Shown here: piece by piece, positions 27,517 through 40,440 of the stretch
Position numbering within the stretch: position 1 is the stretch's first letter
How the letters are laid out: every line of letters begins with the position of its first letter
NCBI GenBank assembly: GCA_025786725.1
Contig: JAHLTZ010000011.1
Location: 682,001 to 746,000 of the forward strand
Origin: Syncephalis fuscata S228
Taxonomy: Eukaryota; Fungi; Zoopagomycota
DNA: 64,000 bases
Reading direction: 5' to 3'
Program-made: the position numbers and the translations under genes
Notes under the pieces: model-generated
Seen by the model: the letters and a program-made list of their open reading frames with translations, nothing else
Database searches by the model: none
What the model was told of the DNA's origin: nothing

Positions 27517-27718
27517 AATCAAATGAAAACATTATACCTATGTTTGTTGTACATAACAGTACGACTTCAATTGGAACGAATCTTACTTGAAGACTCCAAA
27601 TGTAGGAGTCAAAGTTTAATCAAAATATTAATTAATTATTAATTACCTTTTAAATTTTATTTTTCAATTTTTCATGCAACTAGTGTCTTGACCTCTTTCT
27701 TGATCTAAAGTCTTTAAC

Positions 27719-28498
27719 ATGTTTACTTTACGCGCTTTGACACAGACACGCTTGGCGGGTGCACGCGTAAGAGATCGTGTATAGTCTAGTTGATCCTGTG
27801 CTAACTTGTTTTTTACAGTCATTCTCTGCCACGGCTGCCGCAGCTAGCTGTAAGTTATAAATGGATAGATTAATTACGTACGATCGCTAATAATAACACT
27901 GATAACAACAACAACAATAATAATATCAATAGTGTCGGTCAATCGCGCAATTCTTGTCGGTAATCTAGCGTCGGATCTCCGTGTACAAGAATTAAACGAG
28001 AGTCGTACTATGGTGGATTTCACTTTGGCCACTAACCGTGTTCACCGTAATCGCGAAGGTATTAAGATAAATACACTTATAGTGAAATAATAATAACAAT
28101 AATAACAATTAACGCGTTTATTTAAAAGGTGAATTGGTTCGAGAGACCGACTGGCATCGTGTCCGTTCTTTTGTCACACCGGCTCGTGCCAACTATTTTA
28201 ACGAAGCTTTAAAGAAAGGGTAACAGCATTGATGTAGAATTAAATAAATTATTGGCTGACTTGCCATCAAGAAATGTTGTTATGGTAGAGGGTTCCATTC
28301 GCTACAACTCATACACGGATAAGGAAGGACAAGAAAAAATGTTACGAATATCATAGCCGGTAAGTGATGGAATAGAATAGAGCGATGATGACGAAGCTAA
28401 TTGTGAATATAGACAAGGTCCAAAACTTTGGTGAATATCGCCGCCAACCACGCGAAGAAGGCAACGAAGAAGGTTCTGATTCTCGTAGCGACTTTTAA
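27719..28498 (+). CDS. RIM1: Mitochondrial single-stranded DNA-binding protein (RIM1/SSBP1-like)
   Basis: Arg/Ala-rich targeting peptide; SVNRAILVGNL, FTLATN, ETDWHRV, LKKGNVVMVEGSIRYNSYTDKEG; 5 introns; 1-bp deletion in the A run at ~28336. Not in the ORF track. Confidence 0.9.
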
Positions 28499-30959
28499 TA
28501 TTGTTATGCACTGATATGATCATCGCTGTTCTTTTACCCCTTATATATGGAATAGAATGAGCCGCCCCTTTAAACAAAACCTTTAGCCATTTAAATGTTA
28601 AAAATGATATTTTTTGAAAAGCATGAATGATTGTGTTACACTTGTAGCGTATGTAATTAAATTAATCGAATAAGTGCGCTGAATTACATAATAAACAGAT
28701 GTGTTTAATATATAATTTGATGATATATAGTAGTATGGAATAGAATGAGGATATACGCATACTGGATAATAAATCTATAATAATACGTAGTTTGCTGTCA
28801 TTCACCATCCATCATTATGTTCAGCAGATTGAATGCTAATAAAATTGGTCATTTACATCCAAATCACATTATATGTTAATAAATTGTTTATTAGCTATTT
28901 TTATTAGTATGGATTCATGTTGTATTGATTATAAAATTAAACTTTATTCGATAGCGTGGATAAAATAGCGTTTACAGAATGTTAAGAACAAACTGACATA
29001 AAAAAGTCTTTAATGCGTTTTTAAAGACAAATACGAACGAGTCAACTTTGTCGCATTCGTCTTCACAAGCCCATCGAAGACATTCTTTGTTGCCGTATGA
29101 CTCTTCAAGTCACCCACAGACGCAGCTCTTTTACTGGTACTAGCAATTGAATTATTGTCTAATAATTAATAAATGTTAGAAATGCTATAATTAAACACAG
29201 AATTGTTTTTATGTACTTACCAGAAATTCTATGCTTTCTGTTATGTATATCAAACAAACATTTATGGTTTTCGCCATTTTCACGGATTGATAAACCGCTT
29301 TTTCGCATCTGTGTTTTATACCTATACGTTCAATAAACATATTAAAAATAAATTGTAAATTATTAATTACTAGAAGCCAATAATGTATATATTTTTACCA
29401 TGTCCATTTAGTAATTACTTTGCCCTTTTTTTGTCCAAAATCTTCTGACAGTTTGCCTGTTGCTGCGTAAATGGTAGGTTCATTCTAAATCACCAATTGA
29501 AAACAGTAAATATTTTTATTGTTAATATTCTATTAATGTAAATAATACCGGATGACTAACAGTATGCTATTTAAATGGATTATAATGTGTATATCAACAC
29601 TTTTGATTTCAATAAAAATGATTATAAATAAATTATTACTGAATGTGAGTGTAATAGTAAACAGTAAAAATTGATCAGCCTAATAGCAAATAAACTGCTA
29701 CGACTCAACAAGTTAGCGCTATGAATGATTGAATTGCAATAGAAAATATAACATTTATTTAAATAGCAAACTAATGACGCTATTGCATACTAAAAACGAT
29801 GCTTTTGAACTTGGTGTTTAGCTTTCTTCGGCGAGTGCTATGGATGCTATGCGAAAGTCAAGTGATCATGCATATCAAGGGAAGGATGGTTTGTGTCAGG
29901 CATCGCATTGTGTGCATGGCCGTGACGTATGGATGAAACAACATTTATGTGTAGAAAAAATTGCATTGTATTATAAATAACAATTAATTACCATTCTCTA
30001 GTATGTTAATAATAACAAAAAAATTATTAAATGCTCTTATGTTAGATAGTAACAATATAAATTAAAGTAATAAACTTTGAAACAAAACATAATAAAAAAC
30101 CAGGAAAATGCAGCCTTTTATTAATATAACATTACGCACCCAACAATGACGTATCCAAACAATGCAGCTTGGAAACAACACAGCATAATGATGACGCATA
30201 AGTTCTATCTGCATACTGTGGTATACGTCAACATTGTATTTATTTTTAGAATATACTTGAGAAAAAGTATGATATTAATTCAGTATTGTTAAAAAGTAAT
30301 ATGTTAAATATACATTTATTTTAGCAACTGTATTTAAAACATAAATATATATTAATATTATGTATTGAATATTAGTATTAGCTATTAATGGCAAACAATT
30401 ATTACGAAATACAATAAATATATGCTATTTGTAAACACATGAGCAGCTATGTAGGCTGATATGCCGCGTTAAACCTATTGCTATAGGATAAAACCAGGAT
30501 AATGCGTTGCTTGGTCATCTAAGCTGCAATTTTTTTAATAAAAATGTATTAATATTTCGTATAAAGATTATGTGGTATAGTTAGTAAATTATCTTATTTA
30601 TTGTCAAATGTATGCATAAATATATTAAAATAGCAGCCATACTTGTGACTATGATATTGATTGATCATTTGTCATTTAACTATTTGATTACTGTAAGATT
30701 ATTTACTAGTTAATTTATGCAACAATGAATTCATCTATTTCTACAAAATTACAATTTAAGTTTTGTCAAAATAACAGCTTTGGCCATACGTCCCAAAATG
30801 GTATACAGCCTGTAATATTTTAATTATGACCATGCTATTACTCATTGTCTAGCCAAAAAAGCCATTCAATAAATACGTAGAAAAAAATGGTTTTATTTTT
30901 GATAGATATGTAAAAAGACATAGAATATATACTGGTAATGGCTTTACTCTATCTATGTA

Positions 30960-31580
30960 TTATCCAATCAATAACCCATTGTTGCTATTGTTATCGTCGT
31001 CTGATCGATCGAACGACTGAAAGAATGATTCGATAGTTTCGTTTTCTAACGGTGTAGCTGCAGTATGTTGTTCTGCATCAGCATCGTCAAACCAAAGATT
31101 TTCACCATAAGAAATAAACAGCTCTTCACCAGCAGGTACAGGTTTTAGCGTAAAAAACCGTACCAGTCCGTTAGGTATATCGCGTAGAAAATACGCGTTT
31201 GGTTCGGCCGAGTGATTAAGCAGTGAGCCGATACCTAGTGCTAATGCATGAGGCCGCGGACCTGGCCAGCAGAATGTATAATGATCGAATGGAGGGCGCA
31301 GTTCGCTCATTAGCAATACGGGCGCCACATCGATCAGTGTGTGTGCTGGCAACTCGGTCGTTGTATAGATGCCTCGTCCTCGATCTGCATCCTGACGAAT
31401 AACGAGAGGTGCCCGACGATCCGCCAACAACACTTGGTCTTGATCAAGATGAGGATAAGGTATTTGCTCGTCAGTCGATGCAGTTGCAGCTCTAGTCGAC
31501 ATAGCAGAATTGGGGCTCGTTACGGACGCAGCGTCCGCCAGTAACACGCTTGGTGCACTGTTGTTGTCACAAGTATTCAT
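30960..31580 (-). CDS. Small SET-domain lysine methyltransferase
   Basis: RGRGIYT, GSLLNHSAEPNA, GEELFISYG. Confidence 0.9.
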   Translation of the reverse strand: MNTCDNNSAPSVLLADAASVTSPNSAMSTRAATASTDEQIPYPHLDQDQVLLADRRAPLVIRQDADRGRGIYTTTELPAHTLIDVAPVLLMSELRPPFDHYTFCWPGPRPHALALGIGSLLNHSAEPNAYFLRDIPNGLVRFFTLKPVPAGEELFISYGENLWFDDADAEQHTAATPLENETIESFFQSFDRSDDDNNSNNGLLIG

Positions 31581-32932
31581 GGCAACAAAAATACTTTGGG
31601 TTGATAAGAAAAAACAACTATTTTTAGCAAAATAAAAAATATTAAAACATATCTTCTGGGATTACAGTTATTATACCATAAAATATGGTAGAGCAAGCAC
31701 AGAAAAGTCGCTAGTTACAAAGAAATATAAAAAGGCTGTATCGTTCTGTCTTCTGCTAACCATGTTTTATTAAAAAAGGCTGCTTGTTTATTGGCTTTTT
31801 TATTTATAAACTTTGACTTCTTTCGCTCATTCGCTCATTGAGTCATGTATACTAGAGCATAGCTATTCATGTTTTCTACTATATATTTATTATACTGCAT
31901 ATTATTCTATCATATATTGACCACATACATTTATGAGGCTGTTTGTTTATTATCAACTGTACTTGCTTGTTATAGATTCCAACTCATTTCGTTACTCAAA
32001 CATATATACTATAACTTTACCATCAGTATTCATACTCTTCTCGTTGTCTATTCATTCCACTATATAATATACTCTAGTAACTATGCTTTTTTTAATAAAT
32101 ATCGTCTTTTTGTTGCTAACTATGTTATGTATATATTTGACTCAATTTGCCTATTCATATATATATATTACCATACTACTATATTCTATCAGCAATATTC
32201 GTATGCCTTTTTTAACTATTTATTTAGATTTGCATCATTTTACACTAGCTTACAACTGTTTTGCTTAAGCAACGCTTGCATTTTATGACTTTGATTATTT
32301 TTATCAACATTGGGTTACATTATAATTTTGCTAATAAAATGCGCATACTGTTTCATCGTTGACTGCAGCTACTATGTGCGATAACGTGTATAGACGCACC
32401 GAGTAATATCGATAAACAACTAAATATATTAAAAAGTAAATGAACAGGATGAGGGCTGCTATATTTATTGAATACATCATTGCTTTCTATATAGCTTAAA
32501 TTATTAAATACATGTAAATACAATGGTGCAATAGAAGTCAACTCACTCGCAATAAGTGCTCAGACCAGCTTTGATTACTATTTTTTCTATACTCTACTGA
32601 GAGAATAGGCCTATTATAACTAGTGATAATAAAAATTTCCCGTTGTTTCTGGCTATTTCAACACGGGTACCTTCAGACTTGAATCAGCGATAAACGGAGC
32701 GTTTGAGCATGTGTACTCAAGTGTCCATTGGATATTGTTACGCCAGCATTTGTATTCCCATCGATTGGGGCAAATGAAGGGATGGTTGATTATTGCACGA
32801 TTGGGGAAGATAAGCACTGAGTATATATTTAGAACCATTTTACCACCAACACCACCAAGTGCCGTTATCGACGTTTGCTATCCTATTTCTACCCTCCGTC
32901 TACTGCCACTATACACGCCGATAATACCTAGA

Positions 32933-35013
32933 ATGTTGCTGTCTAGTGCTGTAGAAGTCTTGGCACGCGCCACATCGTTGGCTATTACTGACGACGAAAA
33001 GTTGGCTTTTTTTAATGGTCTGCGTAGTTTTCAGGAGCGCTTAAAGCAAAATAGCAGGCAAGTGATGGGTGGTTTGTGTGACTATAAATTGCAATTCCCG
33101 CTAACGTAATTTTATGTTTTCTGCACAACACAGTCAAAATCTTTATGCTTTAGCGCAAGATGCCGAATACAATCATAGCCCAACAACGCTACCTGCTGAA
33201 TCAGCCCGTGCGCCGCAGTGTCCAAGTGGATGTCGCCATGTAGGCAAGAACTGCGTACAGAATGCTATACGGGGATTTGTAAAATCTTTTGTTATGGCCT
33301 ATGGTGCAAAATCACTGCTTGGTTTACTGCCGGCTTTGCTGAGCGGTAAATTATTTAAAAAGTACGTATAGTTTTATTTTTATTTTACCAATAACAATGA
33401 CCATTATAATGATTATTACACAGCCCCTCATTAATTAAAAAACAGCTGGGTATGGATACGACGCGTTTTGCTCTATTTCTCGCCGGTATGGTTGGATCAT
33501 ACAAGACATCTTTGTGTACACTGCGCCACTTGCGCCCCGATGTCGATGGCAAGAATGAACAGCAAAATGCATTTATTGCCGGCTGTATTGCCGGTCTAGC
33601 ATTGTTGCTCGACAGCAATCGAGGAAGACGTATAGCTGTGGCATTGTATCTATCCACACGTGGTGCTCAGTATCTTTGCACAAGTCTTGCTGACCAGTGG
33701 AAGGTGCGCCGCGAACAACAACGCCGCGAGATGGTAAATAGCCATTTAAGCAAACAAACTACCGTCTTTAATATACCATTTAATTTAGATTCGTTTGGCT
33801 GAGACGCCCGATGCAGCAATTGCCGATGGTTTATCGAAAAAATCATTCCTTGATAAGTTTTCGCGTGAATGGGCCGGTACTGGTATTATGATGATTACAG
33901 GTGCAATTATCATTTTTACTATGTTCTACGAACCACGACAAGTTCCAGTAAGTTATTAAATCTATTTTAATAAACCAATCTAATTGATGGCGTAATTACT
34001 ATGTTGTATTTAGCGCTCCTATCTTAACTTTTTGGTAGATCACGGCGGTGTAGGCAAAACATATGGAAAGAATGGTCATGCTGCCCTCGATAGTATCGGC
34101 TTAACTCAAAAGCGCATATTTGGCTATGCCCCCAAGCTGCCATCGCTACCACAGCGTATTCCAGTTGGCATTTCATCGGCCGATTTTATACGAGATAATG
34201 TGTCGGTGTCCCATGCCGCTTCAATGCGACCCAACATCCATCATGATTTTGTACTATGTGCCCTTGAACATCATTGGACCACAAGTTGCAGCACTTTCAG
34301 CCTAAATCTATTTCTGGACGAATTAACACGTAGTACCAAATTGTATCTACCATTGAATGTCGTAAGTAGTCAAATACAACTAGAATAATTTATTTGTGCA
34401 CCAACTAACCATAATCTACTTTACAATATCAATAGATTACCGTACTATTTTACGCACGCAAAAAGATATTAACCAAGTAAGCATATCATTAGCACAATTA
34501 CTAGACAGGATATCTAACTAAAATATACTCTAATAGCCCATTGGATTTATTACGTCGCATTACTAAAGGCACTGTGCGTAGCTCACTATTCCTTTCTTCC
34601 TATGTTACTATGGCCTATTTATTGCCATGCTGGTTGCGCCACATACTTCAACGCGACAGCATAATCTTGTAAGTGAACTAATGACATACAATAATATAGG
34701 CACAAACGTATCACTATCCGTCTTACTAATTGTATAATATAGTAAAATAATCGGTGGCACAGCAGCAGGTTTCTGTGCAACGATTGATGCACCGGGTCGA
34801 CGACTTGAATTGGGCATGTACTGTCTAACTCGAGCCATTGAGACCATGTGGAACTGCGGTGTTAAATGGCGCTGGTGGCGCGCAATTCCCAACGGCGAAT
34901 TAATCTACTTCATCTTAGGCATGGGATCGCTTATGTCGGTCTACCAAACTTCTCCCAATAGCATTCAACGCGGCTATTATGGCATTATATCTCGCTTTGT
35001 TGGCAAGAATTAA
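32933..35013 (+). CDS. TMEM135-like (Tim17/PMP24 superfamily) membrane protein
   Basis: CRH...CVQNAIRGFVKSFVMAYG, RFALFLAGMVGSYK, AFIAG, ALYLSTR, LYLPLN, RSSLFL, RRLELGMYCLTRAIETMW; first intron GC-AG (33058-33133). Confidence 0.82.
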
Positions 35014-35238
35014 GCAGCATAGCAGCCGTGGTGTAATCATCGTTGATTTGTTTTAAACTTTTTATTATTTTTATAAAGCCTTGATGTCAAAATATCTTTA
35101 AATCACTTATCCAATCACATAGTAGTGCAATGAACACTTGTTGGAGTGGATCACATTTTTCAACTTTAGCCTTTAAACAATATTTTAAATAATACAGACA
35201 CAATAAATGATTAAAACCAATAAAATCATTACATTCCA

Positions 35239-37367
35239 TTAAATACGCTGACTTCTTAAATTACGTGGAACCTCCGACGAGGATGTGGCCGAAACTGCCG
35301 TTGATGTATGATATGCCGGTCCACAGTGACGCCATGAAATACGAGTCCTTTCGCGTGAATAACGCCGTTCTGTTAAAAAAGTCGACGTTGTCATACCCAA
35401 AATGCCTAATAGTAGATCATTTAACATTAAAGATCAAATAAACACCACAGTTATTGTATCGATACTTACATAGTCGCATATGAAATATAAGTAAGTGTAG
35501 CAATGGTACCAAAAATAACACTGTAAAAAACAACTGTAAACAACAACAGATAACACCACCGGCATAAGCGTATCCAAAATGTGTATCTGGCAATCTGTAA
35601 AAGTTAAAAGTAAACATGGCTATTACAAATAAATTAGTAAACATATACCGTATCCAATTAGTATAATGACTATTTACTATTACGTCTGTTACTTACCGTT
35701 GCGTGTAACAACTTATGATTTGTACCGGCTAAAGCCAGCAAGTAACAAGAAATTGCCACAGCCATTAATCCAGATAATATTGAACCAATGACAGTGGCAC
35801 AGAATGACCTTTCCATTAATATAATTAATATAAATATATTTTATTTACAAATGACTTACCAGTAGTTGGCATATCCAATACAACAATTTAGCCAACGACA
35901 ATGATGATCATGAACGGCACACATTTATTGCATAGTTTACAATGACGAGTACTAGATGCTCTATATTACAATAATGCAATCGATTAATCAACCAAGCAAT
36001 TAGTCAATTAATTAGCCAATTGCTAGATAAAATATAAACTATAGTAATAAGAATTATACTTACACAGCTACACAGCAGACACGACACTGACCATGGTTAT
36101 CGCGTACGGCAACACCACGTTTTAATCGATAGTTTACATTGCGTTGTACACCTGATTTTCTTGCTTGTCGCACTACCGGATCCTCTGTATCGATAAACAT
36201 CGTGTAGAACATGGCAGTTAAAGTAGCCGCCACCAATCCGCCAAAACCAATCTGAAACGCTATACGTATATCCGACGACAATAAACGCACGGTAAATGCT
36301 TCAAATAAACTGATAATAATTGCGGCAAATAGCCAAACACCGGATAAAAGTGGATCATAAGGTGGTTCGAGCGCAGTGCGTCTGTACCAAGTCATAGGAC
36401 GTGGCCATACAAACGACGAATGAGATGCATCACTCGAGATGGAATCTAATGCTATAGAGGGCCGAGTAGACACGGAAGGACGAGGCATTGAGAGCCCTGG
36501 TGGTATCTGTTCTACATCCCATGGTGTAATAACCGATCTATCTTCTATACTGGGTATTGTATAGCTACTAGGCGCATCAGCAATATGACTAGTATCATCG
36601 CTGGTATCGTCACTTTTGTTGGGTGTGGATGTAGATGCTGTGTCATCGCCAGAAAGATTCGTGTCTGCTACTAATTCTACCAATGGGGCTATCTTACCAA
36701 ATTGTACAGTTCTATGTGGACGGATAGGTGGAGCAATATTGAGCTCTTTTACCTTTACAGTAGTTAATATATTTATATTATTTTTGCCGTGTTTATTCTC
36801 AGATAGTGCCCGTATAGACGATCGATGCTGCAATGACCAGGGTCGAGTAGACGGTAAAGTAGGTGTGGTGGGTGAATCTAAATCGGTAGTGTAATGGTCA
36901 TAGGGCACGCCTTCGTCTTCATCTTCACTTGACCATGCATCAATACCGCATAATGTATCCATTGTGCTGTTATAAACATGGGCCGAGTCAGATCGATATA
37001 ATGTGTTATAAGTAGGCTTCTCTTCTACTATTATATCTGAATCATCATAGCCATCCTCCTTAGATGCATGAATAGAATTTGAGGATGAAGAAGAGGGTAG
37101 TCCCATATTGGCTGTATCGTTATTTGAACACTCGGTCTGGTTTATTGAATAAGTACTAACGCGTTGACCTTGGCCTACTTTAGAATGTAATGTGTCGATA
37201 GTAGACAATTGACCATTATTCTGCTCTAAACGAATTAATGAACGCTTTCTAATCATAGCTGTAGATGGCTCTTCAGTCTCTGTATTGATCCTGCTTAATG
37301 TATGCATAGAATCATTGCATGACTGTTCTCTACCATTTATATTTATGTAGTGGTGGCCTCGTCGCAT
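35239..37367 (-). CDS. DHHC palmitoyltransferase with a long disordered N-terminus
   Basis: CRVC..., RHCKLCNKCVA(fs)VHDHHCRWLNCCIGYANY, LLIFHMRL..LGMTT; 1-bp loss at ~35917; start codon uncertain. Confidence 0.85.
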
Positions 37368-38498
37368 GCAAGCACCAAGGCCGGCTTACTCGGTTGTACA
37401 GCTGTATCGAACAACGAGGATGGCGACGATAACAAGTCATGACTGGACATGAATAAAGATGAGAGACGCTTCCTACGCAACAGAACACGTTGCTACAAAC
37501 AAAAAGTAAGCCACCAGTCAACGGAATACAAAAGTTCACCAAGGCTGTAATCTAGTCTATAGTGCTAAGAATGCAATAATAAAGCTATTATAAAGGTTAG
37601 CGCGGCTATTGAATAACAGAACCGCAATGAGACAAGCAAAAAGTATCTATTAAATGTATTAGTTGGTTTATATAAGGAATAAGAACAATGACATAGGTTT
37701 TAAGCACGGCACATCTAGAGTAAAGTATCGCGTGTATATACACTAGGCTAATCTAGCAACGACTATAATGTCTTTACAGCCAATAACCAATGTAGCAAAC
37801 GAGATTAATAAAGAGTAAAGCAATAAAGACACAGATAATATTTTGTATAATAGAATGAACTAAGGAAACAAAAGGTGTATAAATAATTTTAATAGCATAA
37901 TGGCGAATTATTATTGTTGTTGTTATTATAGAGTGACTGTACAAATCATTAATAATAATGATGATGATGAAAGGCATGGCACTGCCTAGCCGTCTATAGT
38001 AATGTAACAAATAAATCTAGTCATCTATAATAGTAGAATAGGAATAGCGGACTGCATCTATTCATGGCTATAATTGTGTATGATGGTCATATTTGCTAAT
38101 TGACTTTTAGCATTCAATGTAAAATATTTACTATTTTTATCCACTCTATTCACAAAGGATCTACGCCATTGTACAACGTGTTTCTTAGTGTCGCATCATT
38201 ATCATTATCATCGTTATTATTATTAGCCCCATTATGACTAACAATGGCAGCACAATTACGCCTATTGCTATTGTTACTACAATGATAATCTTGGTGTCTA
38301 TTTTCAAGTTTTTTGTTTATCGTTTCATGTGATTATAGAGTGTCGCGTTTCACTTCACTTTTCTATTTCGCTCCTTGATTCTTTATATACACTTCTGTGA
38401 TTTTATCTTTTACATTCTATCTACACACATTGAACACTGTTAAATTATTGTTTTGGAGACTATCTATATATCATAAACCGTTTTATTGTTTATCTAGT

Positions 38499-40269
38499 AT
38501 GGATGAACAACCTATAGGAGTGTCTACTGAGCAAGCATGGCTATTTATACTAGCGGCAAGTACTAGCTGCATTCTAGGCGGTAAGTATTCTATACGGCGC
38601 CATTTACTCCTGTGTCTATTTACTATTACCAACAAACTAACTCATTGTTTATACACAACTAGCGGCCATTGTCTTTGTTGATGTCGTCGCTATTCGACTA
38701 AAGCTCGCGTCTTCTAACTTTAACTTAATGGATTCATCTCGATTTCTATCTGCCACTCTTGGACTAACAGTTGGTACACTGGTAAGGAGAAGTGTTATAC
38801 TATGTTATAGACAGCCACTAACCATAGTACTTTACAAATATCTATAGCTATTTACCAGCCTCTATCTACTATTACCAGAGGCCCGTGAACATCTACTAGC
38901 TACTCATCAATTTGATAATCATATAGACTTATGGCTATTCAGTCTATTCTTTATGGGTATTATACTCGCTCAACTAAGTGCTCATCTACTGCACCGTATA
39001 ACACCTCACTCTATAGCACAGTGCCCCTGCACACCTGCACCTGCACTATCTTCATCACATAACCATAGTCATAGTCATAGTCAACAACAACAACAGCAAC
39101 ATAGTAGCCATTCTACTTCTATTGGGCCTATTCATTCATCACATACTCATATTATTGATGAACATACACCACTATTTCATAGTACAGTTAGTCATAGTCA
39201 TCCATGTGCACAAACAACCGACGATCATGACTGTTGTTCACCCTTGACATCTAACCAAGACAAGTCTAATAGTCACCACAGCTATTATTCCCCATGTACA
39301 AAAGATAAAACCACACATCAATCTGTATCGCTAATATTACCAACTCATTCAAATACTGATCTATATCAATCTACAGCAGGACATGATGTTCATGATCAAC
39401 ATCAATGTGAGAATGGCAAGCCAGAAATAGTAATCAATAATCCACCGGCTTTCTGCAATAATACACAGGATCACTGTCATGATCATGATCATTTACAGCC
39501 TCCGCTACAACATCCTATAGATTCGGTAGCTACTACAATGACTACCACTTCGTGTGATTCATCAATCCATTCATGGCATCAACATCATCAACATTCACCG
39601 CACTATTACACCAGTCATACGAGCCATCATCATCATCATGATGCACACCATGCCTCCGCCGATGTATGGACAGAGACTTCAATGTCTCCACAAATGGCCC
39701 TTCAAACAGCAGTGGCCGTGGCATTACATAAATTACCCGAAGGAATGATTGTATTTCTAGGGGCCCATTCCTCCGTCTCATTAGGGTGGTCGTTGCTGGT
39801 GGCCATTCTAGTACACAATATACCTGATGGGCTCGCTATATCTGTACCAGTATACGCAGCTACTGGATCTCGTATAAGGGCCTTTCTAGCCGCTGCTTTA
39901 CTTGGTGGTATGGCCCAGCCTATAGGGGCACTGCTGGGTGCTATCTTGGCCGCTAGTACTACCGGTGATCGCGAGGAGCAACAGCACTATCAATCTATGG
40001 TGGCCGGTATTGCCTTTGCCTTGGGATCTGGTGTCATGATGGCTGTGGCGGTATTAGGTGCCTATCCGGCTGCCGTTAGTAGTGCTTATGCTGCCGCACA
40101 AAAGGCGGCCATGGTAGAAGCGGCCACCATCACGATGAATGGACAGTGTCCACCAATGGATATGCCTCCACGTCTATCCTATTGGCGACAAAAGAGGTTG
40201 AACGCAGTTGGCACGTGGTTAGTTGTAGGTGTGGCTATTATGGCTATCAGCTCATGGTTAGGCGCTTAG
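38499..40269 (+). CDS. ZIP-family zinc/iron permease (ZRT3/GufA-like) with a very His-rich loop
   Basis: LLLPEA, ALHKLPEG and LVHNIPDG signature helices; two introns. Confidence 0.9.
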
Positions 40270-40440
40270 ATGAGGAAGTGTTAAATTTATGGTTTTATGT
40301 TTTTATTCATTCTTGATTCTATAACTATGCTTGCTATCTACTAGACCCATTAGAATGAATGATAGAATAGTGTGATATTTAGTAATTATGGTTAGTAATA
40401 CATTTAATAAAATGGCTAGATTAAATGAGCAAATTTGTAT

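Noticed and set aside
29800-29945. GC-richer island as an ncRNA or exon
   Set aside because: No recognisable RNA motif, splice context or protein motif.
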